Shown: positions 1-9,552 of the stretch, one piece after another
Layout: each line of letters opens with the position of its first letter
Position numbering within the stretch: position 1 is the stretch's first letter
From: Pyrodictium abyssi
GTDB taxonomy: Archaea; Thermoproteota; Thermoprotei_A; Sulfolobales; Pyrodictiaceae
Length of the DNA stretch: 32,000 nucleotides
NCBI RefSeq assembly: GCF_036323395.1
Contig: NZ_AP028907.1
Location: forward strand, 1,590,001 to 1,622,000
Reading direction: 5' to 3'
The notes under the pieces: model-generated
The model's database searches: none
Told to the model about the DNA's origin: nothing
The model's input: only the letters and a program-made list of their open reading frames with translations
Translations under genes and position numbers: made by a program

Positions 1-744
1 TATGGCAGCTGCTGTTCCGGGGGCCGGCATCGGCTTGCCCGAGAACTTCTCTATGACGCGCGCCACGCTATCCTCCATCCAGGGCGAGAGAGACATGTCG
101 AACCCCCGAAAGAACAGATCGTGCTTCTCCATCTCCATCCTTATGGCCTCGTAGACCTCGAATGCGGCGTCAACAGCGTAATCCATGGCCTCGTAGTAGC
201 CGAACTCCTCAAGAAGCCGGGGATAGACAAGAGCTATGGATACCCCGGGAAGGCTCTGCATAGTAGTGGCTAGCGGGAAATAGGGCGTCTCAGGGTAGCC
301 CCCGAACACCATTGCAACCCTTGAAGCCATCTCCGGCTCGAGTAGCCCAATCTTGTATAGAAGTCGCGGTGTCCGCTGGTCGCCAGGCTCCGTTATAGCC
401 GATATGGCGGCATAGACGTTGCTACCCAGCCGAAGCACCTCTTTAAGTACATCCACGTCCAGGTTAGCCGAGCTATAATGAAACGCAGCATACAGCACGT
501 CATCCCGCAGCTTGATAGCCTTAAGAAGCTCTAGTTGCTCCTTAGGCCTCAGAGGCGTTATAGGTAGTACTACCCGTGCCGACATAACCTCGTAGCCAGT
601 CCTCTCCTCAGCTAGCCTAGCCAGCTCCAACGCAATATCGGAAGCCTCCTCGACGAGCCGGATTATCTCCCGCCGGTCATCCCAGTCCTCCACAGCCACG
701 TGTACCGCAATAGCACGTACCTTGACCATCTCGGCTAGATCCAT
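1..744 (-). CDS. UPF0210/DUF711-family protein, N-terminal ~248 codons (3' end runs off the left edge)
   Basis: Absent from the ORF track because it is open to the window edge. My translation from ATG 744 (alternative ATG 729) reads MDLAEMVKVRAIAVHV...GFDMSLSPWMEDSVARVIEKFSGK and stays open for all 248 codons. The D-x-S-L-x-P...DSVARV block matches my memory of UPF0210 (COG2848) proteins. Confidence 0.6.
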   Translation of the reverse strand, partial: MDLAEMVKVRAIAVHVAVEDWDDRREIIRLVEEASDIALELARLAEERTGYEVMSARVVLPITPLRPKEQLELLKAIKLRDDVLYAAFHYSSANLDVDVLKEVLRLGSNVYAAISAITEPGDQRTPRLLYKIGLLEPEMASRVAMVFGGYPETPYFPLATTMQSLPGVSIALVYPRLLEEFGYYEAMDYAVDAAFEVYEAIRMEMEKHDLFFRGFDMSLSPWMEDSVARVIEKFSGKPMPAPGTAAAI

Positions 745-928
745 CGCTGCACGCCTGTGTGTCGGGAGAAGACAGTCGTCGGGCGAAATACCCTACGCGC
801 CACCCGGCGTATACACAGTCGTTGCCAGAGTCGAGGCCCTGGAGGCGGCGCCGGGCTTGCTGCATGTACACGCAGCTCTGGCAACGATATAACAGTGCAT
901 AGAGTGTACCTGGTGCTGGGCGTCTGGC

Positions 929-1144
929 ATGCAGAATCTGTGCAAGCAGCAAGCGCTCGACGAACTATTCCAGGGCAGCCTGGCAAAGTACTTCCTAAGG
1001 GTGGTCGAGGCTATCTGGGAGCGTGGCCAGGCGGAAGCAGAGGCAATAGCGGCTATGCTGGAGAAGACGGTGTGGCGCCCGGTTCTCGGCTTCTCGAACT
1101 CGGCGCTGGCAACGCGAGAGTGGCCATCCCGCTTGCTAGGCTAG
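929..1144 (+). CDS. small hypothetical helical protein (71 aa)
   Basis: ORF with an ATG start and non-biased, helix-like composition (LDELFQGSLAKYFLRVVEAIWERGQAEAEAIAAMLEK). The overlapping longer ORF 757..1230 is Gly/Arg-rich and looks like a GC artefact. No family recognised. Confidence 0.3.
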   Translation: MQNLCKQQALDELFQGSLAKYFLRVVEAIWERGQAEAEAIAAMLEKTVWRPVLGFSNSALATREWPSRLLG

Positions 1145-2097
1145 GACGCGTGCAGCCAGCAGGCAACCCTCCGCCCCTGCCCGGGGGAGACTGTGGGCGG
1201 CTCCTCGCTGCGGCACTTCTCCGTGGCTAGGAGGCACCTTGGGGCGAAGCGGCAGCCCGGCGGCGGGCGGCGTAGATCCGGAGGCTGGCCGGGTATCGGG
1301 CGCGGCCACCGCGGGTTATCGATGTCCGGGACGGATTCCAGTAGCGCCCTGGTATAGGGGTGTAGGGGCTCGCGTAGCACCTCCTCAGCGGGGCCCTGCT
1401 CCACTATCTTCCCAGCGTACATTATGGCTATGCTTGTCGCCCTCTCCGCTGCCAATGCTATGTCATGGGTAACAAGGACCACGGCCATGCCGTGGCGGCG
1501 CCGCAGCTCGTCGAGCAGATCCATTATCTGCTTCTGCACTATCACGTCGAGCGCCGTCGTGGGCTCATCTGCTACGAGCACTTTGGGCTCGAGCGCTATA
1601 GCAGCAGCTATCGAGACGCGCTGCCTCTGCCCGCCGCTAAGCTGGTGCGGGTAAGCCCGCGCTGCCTCACGGGGGAGCCCCACAGACTCGAGGAGCTGGG
1701 GGACCCGGCCCCGCGCCTCCTCCTTGGGCACGCCGTGCTCCAGCAGTACTTCGAGCAGCTGGTCGCCTATCCTACGCACTGGGTCGAGCGTCGTAAACGG
1801 GTCCTGGAACACGATCGAGACCAGCTCTCCACGGGCTCTACGCAGCTCGTCGCCCTCTAGCCTCGTGATGTCCACGCCGTCTACGAGTATTCGGCCAGCT
1901 ACTATCCTGCCAGGCGGCGGGACTAGGCGGAGGAGCGAGAACCCCAGAGTGCTCTTTCCGCTACCACTCTCCCCCACGACGGCTACTAGCTCTCCCCGGT
2001 GGGCCTCGAGCCAGGCCCCCTCCACGGCGCGTACTATCCCGCGCAGCGTGTAGTAGTAGACACTGAGGCCCTCGACCCTCAGCACAGCGTCGGCCAC
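1141..2097 (-). CDS. ABC transporter ATP-binding protein, Dpp/Opp (peptide/nickel) type
   Basis: Walker A GESGSGKST, signature LSGGQRQR, Walker B LVADEPTTALD, and the C-terminal oligopeptide-type extension with PGCRFAPRC. It is the last gene of a three-gene minus-strand operon. Confidence 0.9.
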   Translation of the reverse strand: MADAVLRVEGLSVYYYTLRGIVRAVEGAWLEAHRGELVAVVGESGSGKSTLGFSLLRLVPPPGRIVAGRILVDGVDITRLEGDELRRARGELVSIVFQDPFTTLDPVRRIGDQLLEVLLEHGVPKEEARGRVPQLLESVGLPREAARAYPHQLSGGQRQRVSIAAAIALEPKVLVADEPTTALDVIVQKQIMDLLDELRRRHGMAVVLVTHDIALAAERATSIAIMYAGKIVEQGPAEEVLREPLHPYTRALLESVPDIDNPRWPRPIPGQPPDLRRPPPGCRFAPRCLLATEKCRSEEPPTVSPGQGRRVACWLHAS

Positions 2098-2110
2098 GGG
2101 TGCCCACCCT

Positions 2111-3022
2111 CTAAGCCTCGCTCCTCCTCACCTGCTCGCTCAGCCCCTCGCCTATCAGGGCGAAGCCCGTGGCGAGGAGCGTAATCATGAAGCCCGGCGC
2201 AGCTATGAGCCAGGGAGCGGAGCGGGCAAAGCCCTTAGCATTGTAGAGGTCGAAGCCCCAGTCAGGGGTAGGTGGCTTCACAGCTAGCCCCAGGAAGCTC
2301 AGCGCGGCCTCCGTCAGTACCGCGTCGGCTGCGCTAAGGCTAAACACCACCATTATTGTGGGCACGAGGTGTGGCAGGAGGTGTCGCCTCATTATCCTCC
2401 AGGGTGTTAGGCCGAGCGCCCGGGCTGCCTCTATGAAGGGGCTCTCACGGAGCTGTAGCACCTGGCCACGCACCATCCTGAAGTAAGTTGGTATGTAGAC
2501 CACAGCTATAGCTATAGCAGCGTTCTCCGGCCGCGGGCCTAGTGCGGCGGCGAGAGCTATGGCGAGCACTAGCCCGGGGAAGGCGTAGAGAGCGTCCATG
2601 AACATGCTCAGCGCGCGGTCAACCCTACCGCCGTAGTAGCCGCTCACGAGTCCCATGGGCACGCCCACGGCCAGGCTCAGGAGGACCGACGAGAACACAA
2701 CCTTCAGTACAGTCCGAGACCCGTAGATTATCCTCGAGAGCACGTCGCGGCCCAGCCGGTCAGTGCCCAGGGGGTGCTCCCAGCTAGGCGGCTCGAGGCT
2801 CCCACCACTCCTCTCCACTGGGCTATAGGGGGCCAGGACTGGCGCGGCAACAGCCATGAAGACTACTGCGGCTACTATCACGAGGCCGGCTAGTACTAGG
2901 CCCCGGCCCCGCCGGGGCAGCGAGTAGTACGCTGCGACGAGCCTCCCCCTCACAGCCTGGAGCACTGCTTGCAACACGTGTCTGCCCCCGCTAGTAGCGT
3001 ACGCGTGGGTCGAGGAGAGCAT
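2111..3022 (-). CDS. ABC peptide-type transporter permease (DppC/OppC-like)
   Basis: Multi-TM protein with an EAA-type loop (FIEAARALGLTPWRIMRRHLLPH). It overlaps the upstream permease by 32 nt and sits 14 nt from the ATPase gene. Confidence 0.85.
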   Translation of the reverse strand: MLSSTHAYATSGGRHVLQAVLQAVRGRLVAAYYSLPRRGRGLVLAGLVIVAAVVFMAVAAPVLAPYSPVERSGGSLEPPSWEHPLGTDRLGRDVLSRIIYGSRTVLKVVFSSVLLSLAVGVPMGLVSGYYGGRVDRALSMFMDALYAFPGLVLAIALAAALGPRPENAAIAIAVVYIPTYFRMVRGQVLQLRESPFIEAARALGLTPWRIMRRHLLPHLVPTIMVVFSLSAADAVLTEAALSFLGLAVKPPTPDWGFDLYNAKGFARSAPWLIAAPGFMITLLATGFALIGEGLSEQVRRSEA

Positions 3023-4001
3023 AGAGGAGGTCGACTACTAGGCTCACGAGCCCCACTATGAACGCGAACACTATCACTACGCCTTGTATCGCCGGGTAAT
3101 CGCGGTACTGTATCTTCTCCACCAGGTATGTGCCGATGCCGGGCCAGTCGAAGGTCGTCTCGGTCAGTACAGCGCCGCCTAGGAGGAGCGCAAACTGGAG
3201 CCCAGCGTACGTGACAACCGGTATTATCGCGTTGCGGAAAGCGTGCCAGGTTATCCTCTTCTCTCTCACGCCGCGGGCCCGGTAGGCGAAGACGAAGTTA
3301 GACTCGAGCGCGACAGCCAAGTGGTTGCGGAGCAGCCTAGTATAGGGCCCGCTGAGCACAATGCCGAGGGTGAGCGCGGGCAGCACTAGGTGGGCGAGCG
3401 CACTACGGAGCGCCTCAGCGTTGCCCGTGAGTACGGAGTCGAGCACATAGAGGCCAGTTATCTCGTGCAGCTCTACCCCTGGGTCTATGCGGCCACTCAC
3501 CGGGAGCCAGCCAAGCCATATGGCGAACACGAGCTGGAGCAGTAGACCCAGCCACGGGATGAAGAGCGTGTACGAGACAGCACCGTAGATGCGCAACGCG
3601 GTGTCGAGCCTCGTGTCGCGCCGTAGGCCGGCCAGCATGCCTGTTGTAAGCCCTATCGCAAGGCTAACCAGCATACCAGCCACGGCTAGCTCTATCGTGG
3701 CTGGTAGCCTCTCAGTAATGTCAGCGGCTATAGGCCTCCCGCGGATGACGAGGCTCGTGCCAAAGTCGCCGTGGAGCACGCCCAGGAGGTAGTCTATGTA
3801 CTGCGCGTAGAGGGGCTTGTCGAGCCCCAGCTGCCTCCTCATCTCCACAAGCTGCTCCTCGGGTATATTCTTGGTGCCGAGCGCAGCCGCTATAGGGTCG
3901 CCGGGCAACACCCGGAGTATGAAGAACGTGACCGTGTAGAGTATGAGCACAGTAGGTATAATCAATGCAGCACGCACAGCTATGTAGCGTAGCAGCCCCA
4001 T
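2991..4001 (-). CDS. ABC peptide-type transporter permease (DppB/OppB-like)
   Basis: The track ORF runs to 4178, but its first 59 residues are Arg/Pro-rich and non-membrane. The family-typical N-terminus MGLLRYIAVRAALIIPTVL starts at ATG 4001. EAA-type loop AYRARGVREKRITWHAFRNA. Confidence 0.85.
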   Translation of the reverse strand: MGLLRYIAVRAALIIPTVLILYTVTFFILRVLPGDPIAAALGTKNIPEEQLVEMRRQLGLDKPLYAQYIDYLLGVLHGDFGTSLVIRGRPIAADITERLPATIELAVAGMLVSLAIGLTTGMLAGLRRDTRLDTALRIYGAVSYTLFIPWLGLLLQLVFAIWLGWLPVSGRIDPGVELHEITGLYVLDSVLTGNAEALRSALAHLVLPALTLGIVLSGPYTRLLRNHLAVALESNFVFAYRARGVREKRITWHAFRNAIIPVVTYAGLQFALLLGGAVLTETTFDWPGIGTYLVEKIQYRDYPAIQGVVIVFAFIVGLVSLVVDLLYALLDPRVRY

Positions 4002-4162
4002 GGAGCCTCGGCGCCTCCGCCCTAATGGACTAGCAGCATCCCCTCGAGCAGGCCTCGTCCACGGCAAGTACGTGGCGCAAGAATGGGGGTAATTATAGGC
4101 ACGGTGCCGGAGTCGTGGGGCCTCAGGTCCTGCCGGGATCCCCACTCGTCTTGTCGGTGGTG

Positions 4163-4174
4163 AGACTATAGTCT
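4163..4174. promoter_or_regulatory. perfect 12-bp palindrome AGACTATAGTCT in the divergent dppB / thiDN intergenic region
   Basis: Read directly as agacta|tagtct, extendable imperfectly to gtgagactatagtcttcac. It lies about 115 nt upstream of the thiDN start. Confidence 0.25.
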
Positions 4175-4289
4175 TCACAGGCCCCCAGGGAGCATCCGGC
4201 CCCGAGGTGTCCCTAAATGGTCTAGGGGGCTCACAGAGCGCACTTCACTACCATGCTCTAGACACATAGATAACCGGGCTATAGCCCCG

Positions 4290-5684
4290 ATGATAGCCGG
4301 GGGTGTCCAGGGCTCCTTGGCTGGATACAGGGCGCCCGTAGCGCTAACCATCGCGGGGAGCGACTCGGGTGGAGGCGCCGGGATAGAAGCCGACCTCAAG
4401 ACGTTCGCAGCCCTCGGCGTCCACGGAGTGGTAGCAGTAACCAGTGTGACGGTGCAGAACACGCTCGGGGTCTACGCGGTACACGATGTACCGCCGGAGA
4501 TAGTGGCCAAGCAGATCGAGGCAGTGGTAGAGGACATGGGTGTAGACGCTGCTAAGACCGGGATGCTGAGCAGCAGCGACATAGTAGCAACCGTGGCTGC
4601 CACGCTGAGGAGGTATGACTTCCCCCTAGTCGTAGACCCGGTAATGGCGGCTGAGAGCGGCGCCCAGCTCCTAAGTCAGGACGCCGTCGAGGCCCTACTG
4701 GAGGAGCTGGTCCCCCGGGCGACACTGGTCACGCCGAACCGGATGGAGGCTGAGAGGCTAACCGGGATAACCATTAGGAGCCTCGAGGACGCCAGGAGGG
4801 CGGCGCGGCTACTCGTAGAGGAGTACGGAGCAGAAGCGGCAATAGTCAAGGGGGGCCACCTAGGCGGCGACGAGAGCATAGATGTGCTGTACTACAGGGG
4901 TACGTACCGGGAGTACCGGGCCCCAAGGATAAGAGGCGGCTGTACCCACGGCACGGGCTGCTCCTTCTCAGCAGCCGTGGCGGCCGAGCTGGCGAAGGGC
5001 AGGGGGCTTGAGGAGGCCGTTGAGACAGCCAAGAAGCTCGTGACCATGGCGATAGAGTATGGGCTCCGGGTCGGCCGTGGCAGCTGCCCCGTAAACCCCT
5101 TAGCCTGGCTAGAGATCGATGCGTGGAAGTGGCGGGTGGTAAAGAATGTCGAGAAGGCCCTGGCCAGGCTCCTGGCCGGCGAGAGACTGGTGCTGCCCTA
5201 TGCGCCCGAGGTAGGCATAAACATAGCCGAGGCCCTGCCGCTCCCCTACGCCCGCAGCGTAGACGATGTCGCTGGCGTGCTCGGCCGCGTAGTGAAGACC
5301 CCTCGGGGTCTACGCGCAGGGGGCCCCGTAGCCCTAGGCGCCTCGAACCACCTTGCAAGGCTAGTGCTAGCCGTTATGCGGTATGCTCCTTGGCTGAGAT
5401 CGGTGGTAAACATAAGGTACTCGCCAGAGCTAGTAGAGGCGGCAGAAAGCCTGGGCTACAGGGTGGCCCGCGTAGACCGCGGCATGGAGCCGAGGGAGAC
5501 CCGTAGAGCCGAGGGAGGCACCATGGAGTGGATAGCCAGGAGCGTGTTCAGCCAGAGGGTGGTCGACATAGTGTATGATGAGGGTGACTGGGGCAAAGAG
5601 CCGATGGTACGGGTCTTTGGCGAGAACGCTATCGCCGCCGTGGAGAAGCTCCTATCAGTGCTGGAGCGCGCCGGGCGCCGCTGA
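4290..5684 (+). CDS. thiDN: bifunctional hydroxymethylpyrimidine/phosphomethylpyrimidine kinase + ThiN-type thiamine-phosphate synthase (ThiDN fusion)
   Basis: The N-terminal half has the ThiD hallmark [17 protein letters not shown] and a C-G-T-G-C type lid ([17 protein letters not shown]). A C-terminal extension of about 190 aa matches the archaeal ThiN domain architecture. Confidence 0.85.
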   Translation: MIAGGVQGSLAGYRAPVALTIAGSDSGGGAGIEADLKTFAALGVHGVVAVTSVTVQNTLGVYAVHDVPPEIVAKQIEAVVEDMGVDAAKTGMLSSSDIVATVAATLRRYDFPLVVDPVMAAESGAQLLSQDAVEALLEELVPRATLVTPNRMEAERLTGITIRSLEDARRAARLLVEEYGAEAAIVKGGHLGGDESIDVLYYRGTYREYRAPRIRGGCTHGTGCSFSAAVAAELAKGRGLEEAVETAKKLVTMAIEYGLRVGRGSCPVNPLAWLEIDAWKWRVVKNVEKALARLLAGERLVLPYAPEVGINIAEALPLPYARSVDDVAGVLGRVVKTPRGLRAGGPVALGASNHLARLVLAVMRYAPWLRSVVNIRYSPELVEAAESLGYRVARVDRGMEPRETRRAEGGTMEWIARSVFSQRVVDIVYDEGDWGKEPMVRVFGENAIAAVEKLLSVLERAGRR

Positions 5685-5699
5685 GCAGTATCGCGGCCC

Positions 5700-6494
5700 T
5701 CACGCTAGGTATGTCCTGCTGAACCTGGCTACGGCGAGCGCCGTGAAGACGCTGGTCACAGCGGCTAGCCCTAGCGCGTCTAGGGCTAGTGGTAGCGTGT
5801 GTACGCCGTACATGAGGCCCCGGGTGAGGTCTACAGCGTAGGTCAGCGGGTTCGCGTAGGCTAGCGCCTTTATCCAGCCCGGCAGCGGGTCTATGGGGTA
5901 GAAGACGCCGCTTAGGAACAGCATAGGCATCATAACCAGGTTGACCACCATGTGGAAGCCCTCCGGGCTCCTCATCGTGAGCGCTATGAGCGTGCCTATG
6001 CTGGCGGAGGCATAGGCCGCTACGAAGGCGGCTGCGAGGCCAGCGAGTATCCCCCGTGGGCTCGCGTAGCCAGCCGCCGCCGAGACTAGCAGTGCCATCA
6101 GGGCGCCCTGCACCATTGTGGCCAGTGTGTCCCCCGTTATGCGGCCTAGGAGTACAGCGCTACGCGGCGCGGGCGAGACTAGTATCTCCTTGAGGTAGCC
6201 GAACTCCCGGTCCCATATCACCCCCAGGCCGCTGCTGAAGCCGCCAGTGAAGACCGTCATCACGATTATGCCGGGCGCCAGGTACTCGAGGTAGCTAAGC
6301 CCGCCGAACAGCTGCGCAGCGGCAGGCCCTAGCCTGTTGAAGGCTGCACTCCACCCGTAGCCGAAGAATACTAGCCATATCAGCGGGAAGACCAGAGCGT
6401 TCGCGACCCTGCTACGGGCGCCTCGGAAGCGTAGCAGCTGCCGGTAAGCCATAGCAGCGAAGGCTTGTATCCAGCTCGGCGAGCTGTGCTTCAC
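5700..6494 (-). CDS. ABC-2 type transporter permease
   Basis: Six hydrophobic segments with an N-terminus typical of ABC-2 permeases (YRQLLRFRGARSRVANALVFPLIWLVFFG). The start is uncertain: GTG 6494 lies 8 nt after the ATPase stop, ATG 6452 is an alternative, and the track maximum is 6560. Confidence 0.8.
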   Translation of the reverse strand: MKHSSPSWIQAFAAMAYRQLLRFRGARSRVANALVFPLIWLVFFGYGWSAAFNRLGPAAAQLFGGLSYLEYLAPGIIVMTVFTGGFSSGLGVIWDREFGYLKEILVSPAPRSAVLLGRITGDTLATMVQGALMALLVSAAAGYASPRGILAGLAAAFVAAYASASIGTLIALTMRSPEGFHMVVNLVMMPMLFLSGVFYPIDPLPGWIKALAYANPLTYAVDLTRGLMYGVHTLPLALDALGLAAVTSVFTALAVARFSRTYLA

Positions 6495-6501
6495 GCCCGT
6501 T

Positions 6502-7509
6502 TCACCTGCCGAGCCTTCTGCCCGTGTGTATGTGTAGACGCATGAAGTCCCGCCAGTCACCCTCCTCGTCGCGGAGGCTACGGCCTGTGAGCTTGACGAA
6601 GACGTCGTTGAGGCTAGGCCGGGTGTAGCGCACCTCTAGCACCTCTAGCCCAGCGGCCCGGGCGGCGTCGAGGATCTGGGGCACGAGCCGGGGCGCGTCG
6701 CGGGCCATGAGCACCACTGTCGGGCCGGAGACCGAGATGGACTCTCCGAGGCCTTTCTCGCGGAGCAGTCCGGCGAGCTTCTCAGCGGCCTCAGCGGCCT
6801 CGAGCGTGATGTACACGGTGTCGCCGCCTACTAGGCTCTTCAGCTCCTCCGGCGAGCCCTCCGCGATTATCCTGCCGTGGTCTATCACAGCTATCCGGTC
6901 GCAGAGCTTCTCGGCCTCGTCCATGTAGTGGGTTGTCAGGAACACTGTGACGCCTCTGCGGCGTAGCCCCTCTATGACCTCCCATACCTTCATCCGCGCC
7001 TGGGGATCGAGGCCGATAGTCGGCTCGTCTAGGAAGAGTACCTCTGGCTCGTTGAGCAGCGCCCGGGCTATCTCCAGGCGCCTTATCATGCCGCCACTGT
7101 AGCTCCGTAGAGGCCGGTGGGCGTGTTCGCGGAGCCCGACGAGCTCCAGCAGCTCCGGTATACGCTGCTCCACGGCGCGGCGGGGGAGCCCATAGATGAG
7201 CCCGTGTATCAACATGTTCTGCCACGCGGTGAGGTCGCGGTCCACGGTGGGCTCCTGGAACACCACGCCTATACGCTCCCGGACACGCTGAGGCTCACGG
7301 AGCACGTCGTAGCCGGCCACCAGGGCGCGGCCACCGCTAGGCCGTATCAGGGTGATAAGCATCCCTATCGTAGTGGTCTTCCCCGCGCCGTTAGGCCCGA
7401 GGAGCCCGTAGACAGTGCCGCGTTCTACGCGGAAACTTACGCCCCTTACGGCCTCGAACCCGTTGTAGCTCTTCCTCAGCTCCTCCGCGACGACGACATA
7501 GCCTCCCAT
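6502..7509 (-). CDS. ABC transporter ATP-binding protein (DrrA/CcmA-like exporter ATPase)
   Basis: Walker A GPNGAGKTT, signature YSGGMIRRLEIA, Walker B VLFLDEPTIGLD, H-loop TTHYMDEA. Sits directly upstream of the ABC-2 permease. Confidence 0.9.
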   Translation of the reverse strand: MGGYVVVAEELRKSYNGFEAVRGVSFRVERGTVYGLLGPNGAGKTTTIGMLITLIRPSGGRALVAGYDVLREPQRVRERIGVVFQEPTVDRDLTAWQNMLIHGLIYGLPRRAVEQRIPELLELVGLREHAHRPLRSYSGGMIRRLEIARALLNEPEVLFLDEPTIGLDPQARMKVWEVIEGLRRRGVTVFLTTHYMDEAEKLCDRIAVIDHGRIIAEGSPEELKSLVGGDTVYITLEAAEAAEKLAGLLREKGLGESISVSGPTVVLMARDAPRLVPQILDAARAAGLEVLEVRYTRPSLNDVFVKLTGRSLRDEEGDWRDFMRLHIHTGRRLGR

Positions 7510-7713
7510 GAACCCAGGCCCCTTCCGGCCTCACATCTACAGGCTAGCCTCTAGAGACGGCCTCTAAAACACATATCGGTAGCCGACGCATCGGCAGGGG
7601 AACCCTGGTCTACCGTGATACCAGGAGAGTACGGGAAGCCAAGCCAACCCCAGGGCTAACACGTCAAAGCGTAACACCACAGAGGATAGGACACTATACG
7701 GGGCCAGCAAGCC

Positions 7714-7935
7714 ATGCAGCACAACATAGTACTCTACACGCCCAGCGTAGACCAGAGCATAGAGAGGCTGGTGGAGAGGCTCCAGAGGCTCGGCTACAGG
7801 GTGGAGCTACGCCGCACAGCAGACACGGGGGCGCCAGCGCTCGAGGGCCCCTTCGGGATAGTGAGGGGCTCAAAGAACATCAGCATCGTGGTACGGCAGC
7901 TAGAGCTGCTAGGCCGGCAGAGCCAGAGCAGCTAG
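7714..7935 (+). CDS. small hypothetical protein (73 aa), glutaredoxin-like alpha/beta pattern without CxxC
   Basis: ATG start and balanced composition. IVLYTPSVDQSIERLVERLQRLGYRVE...PALEGPFGIVRGSKNI resembles Grx/NrdH topology, but the redox cysteines are absent, so the fold assignment is a guess. Confidence 0.45.
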   Translation: MQHNIVLYTPSVDQSIERLVERLQRLGYRVELRRTADTGAPALEGPFGIVRGSKNISIVVRQLELLGRQSQSS

Positions 7936-8270
7936 CCCTTAACCTCCTCTTCGAGCTCTCTGATACGCTTGTCTACCTCCCTTATCTGCTCCTCTATCAT
8001 CTTCTTCACTGTCTCGAGCCAGTGGCGCTGCGCCCTCAGGAGCTCTAGCTCAACCTCGGGGCTAGGCCTACCCCAAGGCCCCGGGAAGGGCGGTATAGCC
8101 CACAGCAGAGGCGGCGGGGGATAGTAAGCGGCGAGCTCGATGGGTGGCGGCGGAGGCTGCTCCCCTCCACTGGCTTCTCCCTGCCTGCCTCTCTTTCTCC
8201 CATGGCCCCAGCCGTAGCCGGAGCCCTGCCATCCCCACCAGGCCAAGACTAGACGCCATGTAGTACTCAT
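7932..8270 (-). CDS. hypothetical protein with Gly/Trp/Pro-rich N-terminus and C-terminal coiled coil (DUF5320-like)
   Basis: GWQGSGYGWGHGRKRGRQ... followed by ELELLRAQRHWLETVKKMIEEQIREVDKRIRELEEEVKG. This architecture resembles DUF5320 small proteins, but the family label is low confidence. Confidence 0.55.
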   Translation of the reverse strand: MSTTWRLVLAWWGWQGSGYGWGHGRKRGRQGEASGGEQPPPPPIELAAYYPPPPLLWAIPPFPGPWGRPSPEVELELLRAQRHWLETVKKMIEEQIREVDKRIRELEEEVKG

Positions 8271-8409
8271 ACCTGGTGGACGAATATATTGCTACACCCG
8301 TGCAGCACGAGGCCCGCTACCGCGCGGGTCTTCCTCGGAGCCCGACCGGGCGGAGACACAGAGTTCTTACACCAGGTGGGCCGTAGCATGGCCCCTCGGG
8401 GGAGCAGCG

Positions 8410-8757
8410 GTGCCCGAGATAAAGTTGGTCCAGGGCTCCGAGAGGATAAGCCGTGTCGTCCTCCGCTCGGTCGTCGAGGCGGTGTGTCCTCTGACGGGGC
8501 TGGTCGACCGTTACGACGTGGCAGTAGAGTATGGCCCTGGCCCCGAGGGGCTCTACGTGGAGGCCTATAGCTTCCAAGAGTACTTGGAGAGCTTCCGCGG
8601 CAAGAAGATATACCAGGAGGACTTGGTGGCCAGGATAGCCCGTGACGTGTGCAAGGCGGTGCGGCCGAGATGGGTCCGCGTAACCCTAGTGGGGACCCAT
8701 GGCTCCGTCGAGATAGAGACCGAGCATCGCCTAGACTGTGGCGAGGCCCAGGACTAG
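8410..8757 (+). CDS. QueF-like tunnelling-fold protein (short archaeal QueF-L type, archaeosine pathway)
   Basis: 115 aa with a GTG start. A catalytic-Cys context CPLTGLVDRYDVAVEY (compare QueF CPvTgqPD) and a QueF-motif-like ESFRGKKIY. The length fits crenarchaeal QueF-L rather than the ~165-aa bacterial QueF. Confidence 0.7.
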   Translation: MPEIKLVQGSERISRVVLRSVVEAVCPLTGLVDRYDVAVEYGPGPEGLYVEAYSFQEYLESFRGKKIYQEDLVARIARDVCKAVRPRWVRVTLVGTHGSVEIETEHRLDCGEAQD

Positions 8758-8809
8758 CCCTAGCGTCTAGGTCTTATATCAGGTCGGCAAGCCCTAGTAT
8801 ACTGGTGTA

Positions 8810-9541
8810 GTGCCTGTGGCAAAGGCTGTCATACTGGCCGGTGGGTTCGGGAAGAGGCTCCGCCCCCTGACTGAGGACCGGCCCAAGCCCCTAGTAGAGG
8901 TCGCGGGAAGGCCGATAATAGAGTGGCAGATACTCTGGCTCCGCAGCCACGGGATCCGCGACTTTGTGATACTCCTCGGCTACAAGTGGGAGCGGCTTGT
9001 AGAGCGGCTCGGTAGCGGCCAGAGGCTAGGCGTAAGGATAGCCTACGTGGTCGAGGACGAGCCCCTGGGGACCGGCGGCGCGATCAAGAACGCTGAGCAC
9101 CTCCTAAGAGGCGAGGACTACTTCATCGCCCTCAACGGCGACATAATAACCAACCTGGATGTGGGCAGGCTCGTGTCCAGGCTAATGGGTAGCCGGGACG
9201 CGGTAGTGACGATAGCCCTTGTACCGCTCCGCAGCCCCTACGGCGTGGTAGAACTAGACCAGGAGGGCCGCATAGTCCGCTTCGTGGAGAAGCCCACGCT
9301 AGACTACTGGATAAACGCCGGAGTCTACGCAATGAAGCCCAGCATACTCGACTACCTACCGGAAAAGGGCGACATAGAGCGCACAGCCTTCCCTAGGCTC
9401 GCCGAGGAGCGCCGCATACTAGGAGAACGGTTCACAGACGCCTACTGGCGCAGCATAGACACGATAAAAGACCTCGAGGAAGCAGCACGGCAGATAGAGG
9501 CGCTCCGCCTAGAAGAAAAGCTGCTCAAAAACCAGGGCTAA
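8810..9541 (+). CDS. sugar-phosphate nucleotidyltransferase (NDP-sugar pyrophosphorylase)
   Basis: N-terminal signature [37 protein letters not shown] motif and a GTG start. Sugar specificity cannot be told from the sequence. Confidence 0.85.
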   Translation: MPVAKAVILAGGFGKRLRPLTEDRPKPLVEVAGRPIIEWQILWLRSHGIRDFVILLGYKWERLVERLGSGQRLGVRIAYVVEDEPLGTGGAIKNAEHLLRGEDYFIALNGDIITNLDVGRLVSRLMGSRDAVVTIALVPLRSPYGVVELDQEGRIVRFVEKPTLDYWINAGVYAMKPSILDYLPEKGDIERTAFPRLAEERRILGERFTDAYWRSIDTIKDLEEAARQIEALRLEEKLLKNQG

Positions 9542-9552
9542 GCAAGGGCCCC

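Noticed and set aside
757-1230. Long alternative-frame ORFs across the window, e.g. 757..1230, 4846..5358, 6791..7225, 17408..17923, 20985..21614, 21399..21830 and 29720..30274
   Set aside because: They are Arg/Gly/Pro/Ser-rich translations lying antisense to, or out of frame with, genes that have clear family motifs. These are typical shadow ORFs of GC-rich DNA.
4002-4289. TPP riboswitch upstream of thiDN
   Set aside because: I could not find the conserved CUGAGA / ACCUGA-type core elements, and TPP riboswitches are not expected in Crenarchaeota.
5571-5585. Box C-like ATGATGA (possible C/D box sRNA)
   Set aside because: It lies inside the well-supported thiDN coding frame, with no matching D box (CTGA) arrangement at the proper spacing.
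8271-8409. preQ1-type riboswitch in the leader of the QueF-like gene
   Set aside because: I found only short GC hairpins of the kind expected by chance in GC-rich DNA. There is no recognisable preQ1 aptamer consensus, and the class is bacterial.
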